A stretch of DNA of 64,000 nucleotides from Desulfatiglandales bacterium (lineage in GTDB: Bacteria; Desulfobacterota; DSM-4660; Desulfatiglandales; Desulfatiglandaceae), in NCBI GenBank assembly GCA_963662465.1, contig OY759599.1:5088001-5152000 (forward strand), in the 5' to 3' direction. The position numbers and the translations under genes are program-made. Positions 9,073 to 19,400 of the stretch are shown one piece after another. The stretch's first letter is position 1. Each line of letters starts with the position of its first letter. Under the pieces are notes generated by a model. It saw only the letters and a program-made list of their open reading frames with translations, searched no databases and was not told where the DNA came from.

Positions 9073-9495
9073 ATGTACGCGAAAAGAGAACTCCACGTAA
9101 CCTGCGGCATCGTCCGGCGGGACCATCGCATCCTCGCTGTCCAGCGAAGCAAGCACATGATTCTTCCGCTGAAATGGGAATTCCCCGGAGGTAAAATTGA
9201 ACCGAACGAAACCCCCGAAGCATGCCTGAAAAGGGAGCTTGTAGAAGAGCTGGAAATATCCGTTATCATTGAACATGGCCTCGGACCCGTGACCCACGCT
9301 TACGACGATTTCACCGTGACCCTTTATCCATTCATTTGCGCCATGGAAGCAGGAAAGATCTTCCTGCATGAGCATGCCGCTTATACTTGGTTGAAACCTA
9401 CTGACCTACCTCGACTGGATTGGGCGGAGGCCGACAGGCCCGTACTATATGACTTTCTAAAAAGGACTGGGTCTAGAGGAGAATCACTGCCGTGA
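9073..9495 (+). CDS. Nudix (MutT/NudG-like) nucleoside triphosphate pyrophosphohydrolase
   Basis: WEFPGGKIEPNETPEACLKRELVEEL Nudix box; LDWAEAD tail; stop overlaps next start (GTGA). Confidence 0.9.
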   Translation: MYAKRELHVTCGIVRRDHRILAVQRSKHMILPLKWEFPGGKIEPNETPEACLKRELVEELEISVIIEHGLGPVTHAYDDFTVTLYPFICAMEAGKIFLHEHAAYTWLKPTDLPRLDWAEADRPVLYDFLKRTGSRGESLP

Positions 9496-12400
9496 CGGTC
9501 GGACTTCCATACGGGTTGTATGACCGGCTTCTGGACGAGGACTTGAGCGAGACCCTCGACCGGTTTCCGGAAGTACGTTCGGTGTTGGGAAAACTTGATT
9601 TTGAGGAACAGCCGGCCCGTTACGCTGATTTTATCGGGAAGGTCTTAAGGCAGGCGCTTCGGGAGGAAAAGGATGCTAATGCGAGGCTTGCCGTGTGCAA
9701 CCGCCTGATGAAAGTGATTGCAAAGGGGGCTGAAAAAGGGCGTTTTGAAAAGCGAAACCTGCAAAGAACAAAAAATGCGCTCCTTCTTGAAATTACGCCC
9801 CCGCACTACGGCAGCGGGGGTATTCCGCGGCCCCATACTTCCATGGTTGAAAGCAGCCTTTTTACCGGTTCCCCGAGCGAGCCGCAGCTGGTTCACGAAC
9901 TCCAGGAAGAGATGCGCTCGGCGGACGAAGTGGACATCCTGATCTCTTTTATCAAGTGGTCTGGACTCAGGCTTTTGATGCCGGCTTTTGAAGATCTGCG
10001 AACCCGAAATGTGCCGGTGAGATTGCTGACCACTTCCTACATGGGAGCGTCCGACGCGCCCGCCGTGGAATGGCTGGCCACTCTGCCCAACGTCAGCATC
10101 AAGGTCTCCTATGATACGGACCGGACCCGTCTCCATGCCAAAGCGTATCACTTCAAACGGTTGAGTGGATTTTCGTCCGCTTACATCGGTTCCGCCAACA
10201 TGTCCCGGCCGGCCATGACTGCCGGTCTTGAATGGAACCTCAAAGTGACTGCCCAGGACATGGCCCATATCCTGGAAAAGTTTGAGGCCGAGTTTGAGAC
10301 CTATTGGCACAGCCGGGAATTCACCCCCTTTGACCCAAAAAACCCGGAACCTTTCAGGGCAGCTATAAAACGTGCCGGCAAAGCCAGCCACAGGTCTTAC
10401 ATGCCGTTTTTCGACCTCAGGCCCCACCCTTTCCAGGAACGCATTCTGGATGCGTTGAAGCGGGAACGGTGCGTACATGGCCGCACACGGAACCTGGTTA
10501 TCGCCGCCACGGGAACTGGAAAAACGGTAATCTCGGCATTTGATTATCAGCGGTTCTTAAAGGAAAAAAACGGGCAGGCGCGGCTGCTATTTCTGGCTCA
10601 TCGAAAAGAGATTCTCGAACAGGCCATCGGTACATTTCGGAATGTTCTTCGGGACGGGAATTTCGGGGAACTGTTGGTGGGGAATCATGAACCCGCACGG
10701 TTCGAACACCTCTTCTGCTCCATCGGCATGCTTTCGAGCCGAAAACTCTGGGAGCAGGTGAAAAGCCGGTTCTACGATTACATGGTCATTGACGAGGCGC
10801 ACCACGGGACCGCCGACAGTTACCGTCCCGTTTTCGACCGTTTTTCTCCTGAAATCCTCCTCGGACTGACAGCCACCCCGGAACGTATGGACGGTAGGAG
10901 CGTGGCCGTGGATTTCGGCAACCGTTTCGCCGCCGAAATCCGGCTGCCAGAGGCCCTCTCGGAGAAACTCCTATGCCCGTTTCACTACTTCGGTGTGGCT
11001 GATCCCGTTTCGCTGGATCACGATCGCTTCTGGAAGAACGGCAAGTACGACACCTCGGCCCTTGAAAATGTTTATACGGGTTCCCACGCGCTGGCACGAC
11101 AGCGGCTGCAAACGGTTTTATCCACCCTACGCCGGTATGAACCGGACATGCATCGGGTCAAGGGGATCGGTTTCTGCGTGAGCATTCGCCATGCGGAATT
11201 TATGGCGGAAATGTTCAAATATCACGGGATCCCTTCGGCGGCGCTTGTGTCTGGCACTTCTCTTGAACAGCGGGTTTTTCTGCTGGAAGATTTCAAGCGC
11301 GGTAATCTGACATTTCTTTTTACTGTGGACGTTTTTAATGAAGGGCTGGATGTGCCAGAACTGAACACGGTCCTTTTCCTTCGGCCTACGGAGAGTCTCA
11401 CCGTGTTTCTCCAGCAGTTGGGCCGGGGTTTGCGGCACGCGCCGGAGAAAGATTGCCTCACGGTGCTCGATTTCGTGGGGCAGGCCCACCGGCTATATCG
11501 TATGGACAGCAAGCTGAAGGCGCTTCTGCCAAAGCACCGGTTCGGCATTGACCGGGAAGTGGAAATGAACTTTCCTCACCTGCCGCCGGGCTGCGCCATT
11601 TTGTTCGACCGTCTGTCGCGCGAGTATGTACTCAAAAACATCCGGCAAAACCTCAGGAACCTTTCTGTTCAGATCCCGGAACGGCTGCTCACTTTTGAAA
11701 ACGAAGCGGGCCAGCCGCTCACCTTCGGGAACTTTGTGCGCTACCATGATTATGAACCTGAAAAGATTTTGCTAAAGGATTCGTGGAGCGGGTGGAAATC
11801 AAGGGCACGCCTCGGGCCGAAGCCGACGGACCCGGATATTTCGCACCTAAAAAAGGGACTTGTAAGGGCCTCTTTCATTGATGGCCCCAGGGAAGTTGAG
11901 ATGGCGCGGAAAGTCGTAGGCGCACTCCGACAGGGAAATGTGGAGAAGGCTGTTGCCGTTTCGGGGGTTGCTGCTGTGCCGTTTCATTACCGCATGTGGG
12001 GTGATGCGGGCAGAAATCTGGGAATCGATTCAATTGAAAATTCCTTTGCCAGACTGTCACAAAACCCAGGCATTTTGGCGGACCTTGACGAAATACTCAA
12101 ATGGTGTGCCGAGGAAACCCAGGCCGATGGGCGGTCCCTGAATCTTCCATTTGCCTGCCCGCTGGAGCTGCATGCCCGGTACAGCCTGAGGGATATTCAG
12201 GCCGCCTTCGACAGCGCCACCATGGCGTCTCCGGGCCAGCGGGGAATCGGCGTGCTTCACTTCAAGGATATCAAAGCGTATGCACTGCTGATGACGTTTG
12301 AGAAGACTGAACGTGAATTTTCACCCAGCACCATGTACGCAGACTATCCCATCAGCCGGGAACTGATGCACTGGGAATCGCAGTCCAACACGTCCCAAAG

Positions 12401-12623
12401 CTCACAGACCGGCAAAAACCTGACGCAGCATGTGGACCGCGGTTACACCATTTTGCTTTTTGCCCGCGACCGTAAAAAGAATAACGCATGGGCTGTACCC
12501 TTTACATTTCTCGGGCCGGCACAAATCGTCCGTTATGAAAGCGAGCGTCCCATTCAGGTGGTCTGGCGACTCAGTTACCCAATGCCGGTTCAGATCTTTG
12601 AGGACAATCGACGGGGTGGGTAA
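9492..12623 (+). CDS. PLD nuclease - SF2 helicase - DUF3427 protein (SauUSI-like type IV restriction endonuclease architecture)
   Basis: LHAKAY...IGSANMS (PLD HxK); AATGTGKT, DEAHH, TATPER, QQLGRGLR; C-terminal FSPSTMYADYPISRELMHWESQS...PFTFLG. Confidence 0.88.
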   Translation: MTVGLPYGLYDRLLDEDLSETLDRFPEVRSVLGKLDFEEQPARYADFIGKVLRQALREEKDANARLAVCNRLMKVIAKGAEKGRFEKRNLQRTKNALLLEITPPHYGSGGIPRPHTSMVESSLFTGSPSEPQLVHELQEEMRSADEVDILISFIKWSGLRLLMPAFEDLRTRNVPVRLLTTSYMGASDAPAVEWLATLPNVSIKVSYDTDRTRLHAKAYHFKRLSGFSSAYIGSANMSRPAMTAGLEWNLKVTAQDMAHILEKFEAEFETYWHSREFTPFDPKNPEPFRAAIKRAGKASHRSYMPFFDLRPHPFQERILDALKRERCVHGRTRNLVIAATGTGKTVISAFDYQRFLKEKNGQARLLFLAHRKEILEQAIGTFRNVLRDGNFGELLVGNHEPARFEHLFCSIGMLSSRKLWEQVKSRFYDYMVIDEAHHGTADSYRPVFDRFSPEILLGLTATPERMDGRSVAVDFGNRFAAEIRLPEALSEKLLCPFHYFGVADPVSLDHDRFWKNGKYDTSALENVYTGSHALARQRLQTVLSTLRRYEPDMHRVKGIGFCVSIRHAEFMAEMFKYHGIPSAALVSGTSLEQRVFLLEDFKRGNLTFLFTVDVFNEGLDVPELNTVLFLRPTESLTVFLQQLGRGLRHAPEKDCLTVLDFVGQAHRLYRMDSKLKALLPKHRFGIDREVEMNFPHLPPGCAILFDRLSREYVLKNIRQNLRNLSVQIPERLLTFENEAGQPLTFGNFVRYHDYEPEKILLKDSWSGWKSRARLGPKPTDPDISHLKKGLVRASFIDGPREVEMARKVVGALRQGNVEKAVAVSGVAAVPFHYRMWGDAGRNLGIDSIENSFARLSQNPGILADLDEILKWCAEETQADGRSLNLPFACPLELHARYSLRDIQAAFDSATMASPGQRGIGVLHFKDIKAYALLMTFEKTEREFSPSTMYADYPISRELMHWESQSNTSQSSQTGKNLTQHVDRGYTILLFARDRKKNNAWAVPFTFLGPAQIVRYESERPIQVVWRLSYPMPVQIFEDNRRGG

Positions 12624-12790
12624 TGTGGGAGCGTGGAAGCTGGGGGCAACAGCTGAGGCATTGATGAGTTGGTTGAGCAGGGGGGACAAGTGTACGTTCG
12701 ATTTTTCATTTACGGATTAATTTCCGGGAATGCGTAAGAGTATTCTTTTGAAAGGCGGAATTCACGAAAAAGTATTGATTGAGGGATTCG

Positions 12791-12820
12791 CGGACTGTAG
12801 GTGCGGCTTCAGCCGCACAG
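12791..12820 (+). repeat. Single GTAG-type REP (hairpin 4)
   Basis: CGGACTGTAGGTGCGGCTTCAGCCGCACAG, 38 bp before the SNF2 gene. Confidence 0.9.
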
Positions 12821-12858
12821 CCAAATTCATTAGAACAATAAATAGAGAAGGGTAATAT

Positions 12859-15800
12859 ATGGACAACCAATTATTTTTTCAGCGATTTCCTGAATTGCTC
12901 TACATCGTGACCAAACATCTGACTATTTGGCTTGAGAACGTCTTAAGCTCTTTGGATGAAGATTGGTGGGGTAGCCTTGTTATTCCCGCCTTATCATATC
13001 AGCAAAAACAAAGAGTCGATCGACTGGAGATCCGGCAATTGGAAAAACTCGATCTTTCCGCTCTTTTAAGGGTTGTAGACAAAAACTGGTATCCAATTTC
13101 AAATGTCAAGAGATTCACAATCGGAGACAGAAATTACGTTAAAGAAATGCAAACCATCCGCAATCGATGGGCTCATAGTGATATGCACGGGTTTAAGGTT
13201 GATGATATTTACCGGGACATAGACACGCTTGAGCGTTTTGCTTTGCTGATCAACATACCCAAACAGGAAACGATCTCAATCGGAGAATTCAAAGATTCCG
13301 TGTTGTCAATGAAATTATCGGCGCCAGTTGAATCCCAAACCCAAAACAAGGCTGAAAAATCTCAAGAATCCGTTAAGGTAAAAAATGACGACAATGAAAT
13401 AATTGAAGTTGGGAGTATCGTCACACTTGAAAGTGACCCATCGAAAAAAGGGGCTGTTATTGAAATTGAGGGAGATTCAGAAGATACATTATGTAGAGTC
13501 TTCATAGATGGCAAAATTCAGCCATTTTATCTTTCTCAACTTTGTAAATTTAGGAAAGAAAAAGCGCGGAAAACAGTTTCAATAGATGAACTTCATTGTT
13601 TGCTCACCTGTTTGCAGATAAAACACCCTTCGATGTTTACCCTGTATTCACTTAACGCCGCCAGGATCGATTTCGTGCCATATCAGTTTAGGCCGGCACT
13701 AAAAATAATCAGGTCTGACCAGCCTCGACTGCTCATAGCTGACGGTGTGGGGGTGGGAAAGACAATTGAAGCAGGTCTGATATTGCGGGAATTACAAGCG
13801 AGGGGTGGTGTTGAATCCGTTCTCATAATTTGTCCGAGGCCCCTTGTGACAGAACGAAAATGGGAACTTGAAATGAAACGTTTTGATGAGCGATTCACGC
13901 ATCTCAACGGTAGTGCTTTGAGGTCCTGCATTGAAGAGACAGATCTTGAAGGGGAGTGGCCGGAACAGCACAAAAAGACGATTGTTCCCTATTCTTTGTT
14001 TGATGAAAAGTCACTCTATGGGAACAAAACCCATCGAATAACCCAATTGGGATTATTGGATCTTGATTCACCGCCGAAATTCGATTTGGTCATTGTTGAT
14101 GAGGCTCATCATGTCAGGAATTCATCAACTTATGCCCATCAGGCAGTTCGCTTATTTTGTGAAAATGCTGAAGCGGTCGTATTCTTGACCGCTACACCTG
14201 TTCAAGTGGGTAGCCATGATTTATACACCCTGCTGAATCTCCTCAGGCCGGAGCTAGTCATTGATCAAGAAACATTCCATCACATGGCAGGGCCAAATCC
14301 ATATATAAACCAAGCATTAAGCGAAGCAAGGTCTGGTGGAGAAAATTGGCATCAACGAGCCCATGATATTTTGGAGAGTGCCGCACGCACTTCTTGGGGA
14401 AGTGCCATGCTTCAACCGAATCCAGTGTTTCAGGGGATTCAGAAAGACCTTCGTGAGGATCAAATCACTCGCGAAGAGAGGGTGGCCATAGTACGTAAAA
14501 TTGAAGATTTACATAGTTTTTCGAAGCTTATCAGTAGAACACGCAGAAGAGATATTGGGAATTTTTGTATACGGAGACCCTACACAATTGAGGTTGATTT
14601 TACGCATGAACAGAAGGAACTGCATGATCGTCTTCTTAAATTCGAAGCAAAAAGCCTCAGCATTATGCACGGCAACAGAAATGTAAATTTCATGATATCG
14701 ATGATCCGAAGACAGGCTGCGAGCTGCATATTCGGACTCGCGCCGTATTTGGAGAGCCTTATAAACAGACGAATTTCGCAGCTCGAATGGTATGAGAGCG
14801 CTGACGAAGACATGCCGGATATGGATTTATTCGAAGAACTGACTGAAGATGCCATAGCCATAATTGAAGCAGCGGAAAATTTGCCGGAATATGACCCCAA
14901 GTTTGACAAATTCTTGAGGATAATCCGTGAAAAAGAAACCCAACAGAACAATAAAGTCATGGTTTTCAGCAGTTTTAGACATACACTCTTCTATTTGAAA
15001 AAAAGGCTGGAAGCGCTGGATATTCGTGCAGGACTAATCTACGGTGACATTAAGGATGAAGAAAGGCTCATTTTAAGAAGGCGGTTTGAAGGATATGCAG
15101 ATGCAGTTGATTCTATTGATGTCATGCTCTTTTCCGAGGTTGGGTGTGAGGGCCTTGACTATCAATTTTGTGATTTAATGATCAACTATGATTTGCCCTG
15201 GAATCCGATGCGCATTGAGCAGAGAATTGGACGGATTGATCGTCGTGGACAAAAAAGCGAAGCAGTCGCCATCTACAATCTCATAACAAACGAAACAATA
15301 GATGCCGATATCTATGAAAGATGTTTATGGCGAATTGGGCTGTTTGAGGAAAGTGTTGGCGATTGTGAGGAGATTCTAGGCGAAATTCATAAACAGATTT
15401 TCAATATTGCAAACAATCTTGAACTTAATGAAACCGAAAGACGAGATAAGCTTGAACAGCTAGCAGACAATCAGATAAACAGAATCCATGAACAAAAAGC
15501 ACTTGAAGACCGAGAGTATGAGCTTTTCGGAATTCGCCTTCCCAAATTCGAGAAAGATAACGAGGTAAGAGACTCAGAAAGTTTTTGGTTGACTCCATCA
15601 TCAATACAACGGTTTGTTTCAGAATATCTAGAGAAACGGTTAGGAAAAGGGGACTTTCTTCTCGGAGAAAAGGCCTTGAAAACCTTGCGTCTTTCGCAGG
15701 AAGCCCGCAACAAACTCCTTCATGATTTTCGAAGCATCCAAATCTCGAGAACACCCATGAGCCGGACATGGGAAAAATGGTTGAAGGGTTCTGTGCAGCA

Positions 15801-16431
15801 TTGCCAGGTTACCTTTGATTCCGCATGCGCCGCCGATAACAGAGACGCGCATTTTATAATGCCTGTACACCCTGTTGTCTTGCAGGCGGCCCATTACCTC
15901 GAAACACCCGAACCGGTCTTTAATTCCTTCCAAATCCATAACCACGACTTAAAGCCGGGCGAATTTCAATATGCCATTTATGCATGGGACTATCAGGGAA
16001 TAAGCCGAGACATAAAACTTCTGCCCGTTTCCGATAACAAGGATTTAGGAAAGAACTTTCTTGAGTACCTTGAATCCGGCGTAGAAATTACTCCCGGTCA
16101 GCAAATACCGGAAGATATTTCATTCGATCATTTGGATAAGATACACCATAGACTATGGGACAAAGAAAAGAACCTTCATAAGACAAAGACAAAAGAAATA
16201 TGTGATTTTCGAAGAGAAAGCCTGAAAATTAGCTATCAAGGCAGACAAAATGTTCTTTCTGAGCAGCTTGCGAATGCAACCGATAAGAAAATAATCCGAA
16301 TGAAACAAGCGCAGCTCAGAAACATCCAGGCGGAGTTTGATCGAAAAATCTCTGAACTTGATACCGCAGAGAGCTTAGCTGATATTCATGCCCGCCCAGT
16401 GGTATTTGGATTGATTAGAGTGGAGGGTTAG
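12859..16431 (+). CDS. N-terminal HEPN (Swt1-like) domain fused to an SNF2/RapA-type helicase
   Basis: LDLSALLRVVDKNW...EMQTIRNRWAH (Rx4H); LIADGVGVGKT, DEAHH, TATP, EGLDYQ, NYDLPWNPMRIEQRIGRIDRRGQ; AT-rich coding sequence. Confidence 0.85.
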   Translation: MDNQLFFQRFPELLYIVTKHLTIWLENVLSSLDEDWWGSLVIPALSYQQKQRVDRLEIRQLEKLDLSALLRVVDKNWYPISNVKRFTIGDRNYVKEMQTIRNRWAHSDMHGFKVDDIYRDIDTLERFALLINIPKQETISIGEFKDSVLSMKLSAPVESQTQNKAEKSQESVKVKNDDNEIIEVGSIVTLESDPSKKGAVIEIEGDSEDTLCRVFIDGKIQPFYLSQLCKFRKEKARKTVSIDELHCLLTCLQIKHPSMFTLYSLNAARIDFVPYQFRPALKIIRSDQPRLLIADGVGVGKTIEAGLILRELQARGGVESVLIICPRPLVTERKWELEMKRFDERFTHLNGSALRSCIEETDLEGEWPEQHKKTIVPYSLFDEKSLYGNKTHRITQLGLLDLDSPPKFDLVIVDEAHHVRNSSTYAHQAVRLFCENAEAVVFLTATPVQVGSHDLYTLLNLLRPELVIDQETFHHMAGPNPYINQALSEARSGGENWHQRAHDILESAARTSWGSAMLQPNPVFQGIQKDLREDQITREERVAIVRKIEDLHSFSKLISRTRRRDIGNFCIRRPYTIEVDFTHEQKELHDRLLKFEAKSLSIMHGNRNVNFMISMIRRQAASCIFGLAPYLESLINRRISQLEWYESADEDMPDMDLFEELTEDAIAIIEAAENLPEYDPKFDKFLRIIREKETQQNNKVMVFSSFRHTLFYLKKRLEALDIRAGLIYGDIKDEERLILRRRFEGYADAVDSIDVMLFSEVGCEGLDYQFCDLMINYDLPWNPMRIEQRIGRIDRRGQKSEAVAIYNLITNETIDADIYERCLWRIGLFEESVGDCEEILGEIHKQIFNIANNLELNETERRDKLEQLADNQINRIHEQKALEDREYELFGIRLPKFEKDNEVRDSESFWLTPSSIQRFVSEYLEKRLGKGDFLLGEKALKTLRLSQEARNKLLHDFRSIQISRTPMSRTWEKWLKGSVQHCQVTFDSACAADNRDAHFIMPVHPVVLQAAHYLETPEPVFNSFQIHNHDLKPGEFQYAIYAWDYQGISRDIKLLPVSDNKDLGKNFLEYLESGVEITPGQQIPEDISFDHLDKIHHRLWDKEKNLHKTKTKEICDFRRESLKISYQGRQNVLSEQLANATDKKIIRMKQAQLRNIQAEFDRKISELDTAESLADIHARPVVFGLIRVEG

Positions 16432-16435
16432 ATTC

Positions 16436-19400
16436 TTGAGTAGACAAGAAGAAGTTATTCGTGAAATCAGTGATGACTATAGTCCCCAAAAAAATACTGC
16501 TAGAACCCTAAATGGTTACGCACGGTCTATTAGATTCCTGGCAAAAGACATATATGAAAAGGATACACACTTTATTTTTGAGCTGATACAAAACGCGGAG
16601 GACAACGAATACGATAACAGAGTCAAACCCTCCCTGCGTTTTGTTTTGTACAGATCGGGAATATTACCGGGATACGAAGCCAATCCTATGCTGCTTATTG
16701 AAAACAATGAAAAGGGATTTGAAGAACAAGATGTGAAATCTATATGCGATACTGGCGAATCTAAAAAAACCAAGCAGCAGGGTTTTATAGGTGAGAAAGG
16801 GATAGGATTCAAGTCGGTCTTTCGTGTCACAAGCTGCCCGCATATTTTTTCCAATGGCTACAATTTCAAACTTCCAGAAAAGGACGAAAATTCAAATCTC
16901 GGCTATATCGTCCCATCATGGATTGAACCTCCTGAAATACTAGACAAGAGCAAAACTTCGATATTGCTACCACTTGATAAACCTGACTTTGGCTTGGATA
17001 AAGTACGTGCTTACTTAAAAGATATCGCGCCCGAAACCATTATTTTTTTAGATAAACTTCAATCGATTGAAATCGATTTTCTGGATGAGAAAATTTCAAT
17101 CGAAAAAGATGGATCAATATTCCCTTTGGTTATGTTGGCAAAATTAGAAAATAGCAAAAACGGGAAAGAAGAGGTTCTGGAACAACTTTTCTGGTTCGGG
17201 TCTAAGGAATTTCAAAAACCTGCCAACATAAATCCAGAATCCAGAAAAGGTATTGATAGCAGAACAGTATCAATTGCCATACCTTTTGGTAAAAGAATAT
17301 CCGGTAAGGTTTTTGCTTATTTACCTGTTTTGGAAAATACAGGCCTACCCTTTTTGGTCAATGCCGACTTTCTTTTGTCAAGTGCAAGAGAAGGTCTCAA
17401 ATTGGACGAAAACTGGAATAAATGGCTACGTGACTGTATTCCGGAAGTTTTTGTCGAAACCTTAACCGAATGTTTAGAATCTGAAAAAATTGATTTTAGA
17501 GAAAAAATACAAGCATACAACTCCATTCCGAGGCATCCCAACTCTCAATTTTTTAGGGAACCGGTCACAGAAATAAAAAAAGCGCTTGGCAAAACGAGAT
17601 GCATTTTTACACTTCCGAACGAATCTTTATCCTACCCCTCAGAGAGTCGAATATTACCAGAAAATAAATTGTGGGATCTGTTGGAACCCGAAGACTTTAA
17701 TTTTTTGAACGACAGAACATTTATTGTTCATAGAGAATTGAAACCGTTTTATGAAATACTCAGGGCAATATCTGTTAGCAATTTTGAAAAAATCGAAATT
17801 CTTAAATGCTTCGATTACAAAACTTGTATTCTGTCAAAATCAAATGAATGGCTATTAGATTTTTATCGTTTTCTAAAAGGGTTTACCAGTAAGCATAGCG
17901 ATCTCGCATCAAAGAAACTTGTTAAGATTGTCTCGGGAAAAGAAAACCGGACAATTTTAGCGTGCACTGCTGAAATCCCCATATACTTTCCATGTGAGTC
18001 AGGGGTTACAGAAGCGATGGAAGCCGCGCCTGAATGGCTGAAAGATAAGCTTTCCATTGCATTCGTTGAACCCACATTTTTCGAACTTCTTTCAAATGAA
18101 AACGATTGGATGGCATTGGAAAAATGGATGACGGATTGTCTCATGGTTAAGTCATTTTCATTGGAAAATTACTGTTGTGACATCTTGGATTTTCTGAATC
18201 AACAATCACAGGACTTGGATCCAGCACAGATCGCCGATGCAACTTCCTTTTTGACGGAGCATGCAAGTAATGCTTTCAATTTGCATGAACTTCCAATAGT
18301 CCTATCAAACCACTCAAAAATAAAACTATCTGCTATTGGATCAAGAAAAAAAATCGTTGTCCCTGAAAATTTTGATCCGGAAAAAGGCTGGCAAAATATT
18401 TGGAAAATGACTTCTGATCAGGCGTATTTCTTTTCATTGGCGGACACCTATAAGCGTCGAACAGTAGAGAAACTTCTTCTGCTATCTAAAGGAAAAATTG
18501 AAAAGTACCCTGGTCCTCTAAGAGTAGAGGAAATTGACGAAAACTTTTTGACTGCTTATGAAGAGGAATGCTTAAAAAATCCTCCTAAAACTAACTGGGC
18601 CATAACCATTTCAGATTGGCGGAGCCCGTTTGCCCTTCGTACAAATCAAATTGGTAATAATAATTTTTCAGCGAGCTTATTTTCCTTTTTCCAAGAGAAA
18701 GATGAAGGTATAGATAAATATAAGACATTGACTATCAATTACTTTTATCGGACGGATAAATGGATATATAAAGATTCTGAGTTCTTTTTTCACCTTAAAA
18801 ATCATAGATGGCTTCCTACGCAGAAAGGGCTCGTCAAGCCAAGTCAGGCTTTTTTACCTCGAAAGGAAATACAAGAAATATTGGGTGATACCGTTCCCTA
18901 TTTTACGGGGAACGGAAGTGAAACAGAGATTCTAGAGGAACTGGGGGTAAAAACAGGGTTAACTGTAGAAGTTTTGATGCAAACTTTGATTGACGTATCT
19001 ATCAGTTCAGAATCCAACTCGGAATTGGTAAGTCGTATTTATGGGCAATTTGCATCCAGAACACAATTTTCCGATTTATCTGAAGTTGCGGAGAAATTCA
19101 GAAACAATCGCTTGATTTTTATTCCGGAAAAAGATGCGCGGAAAAAATGGTTCAAGTCCTGTGATGTAATCTGGAGTGATGATAAAAAGATTCTCGATAA
19201 GGATATTATTTGTCTTGAAAAATACTATCACAATTTAAAGGAGTTTTTCGTCAAAACTATCGGGGTAAAAGAGAGCGCTGATCCGGAATATTTTGCACAG
19301 CGTTGGTTAGGTTTGCAGAAGAATGGCCTGGAAAGTTCTTCAGATCTAAGAGAGACAATGGATGTCATATACCATAAGCTTCTTCCGGTATCAAGATACG

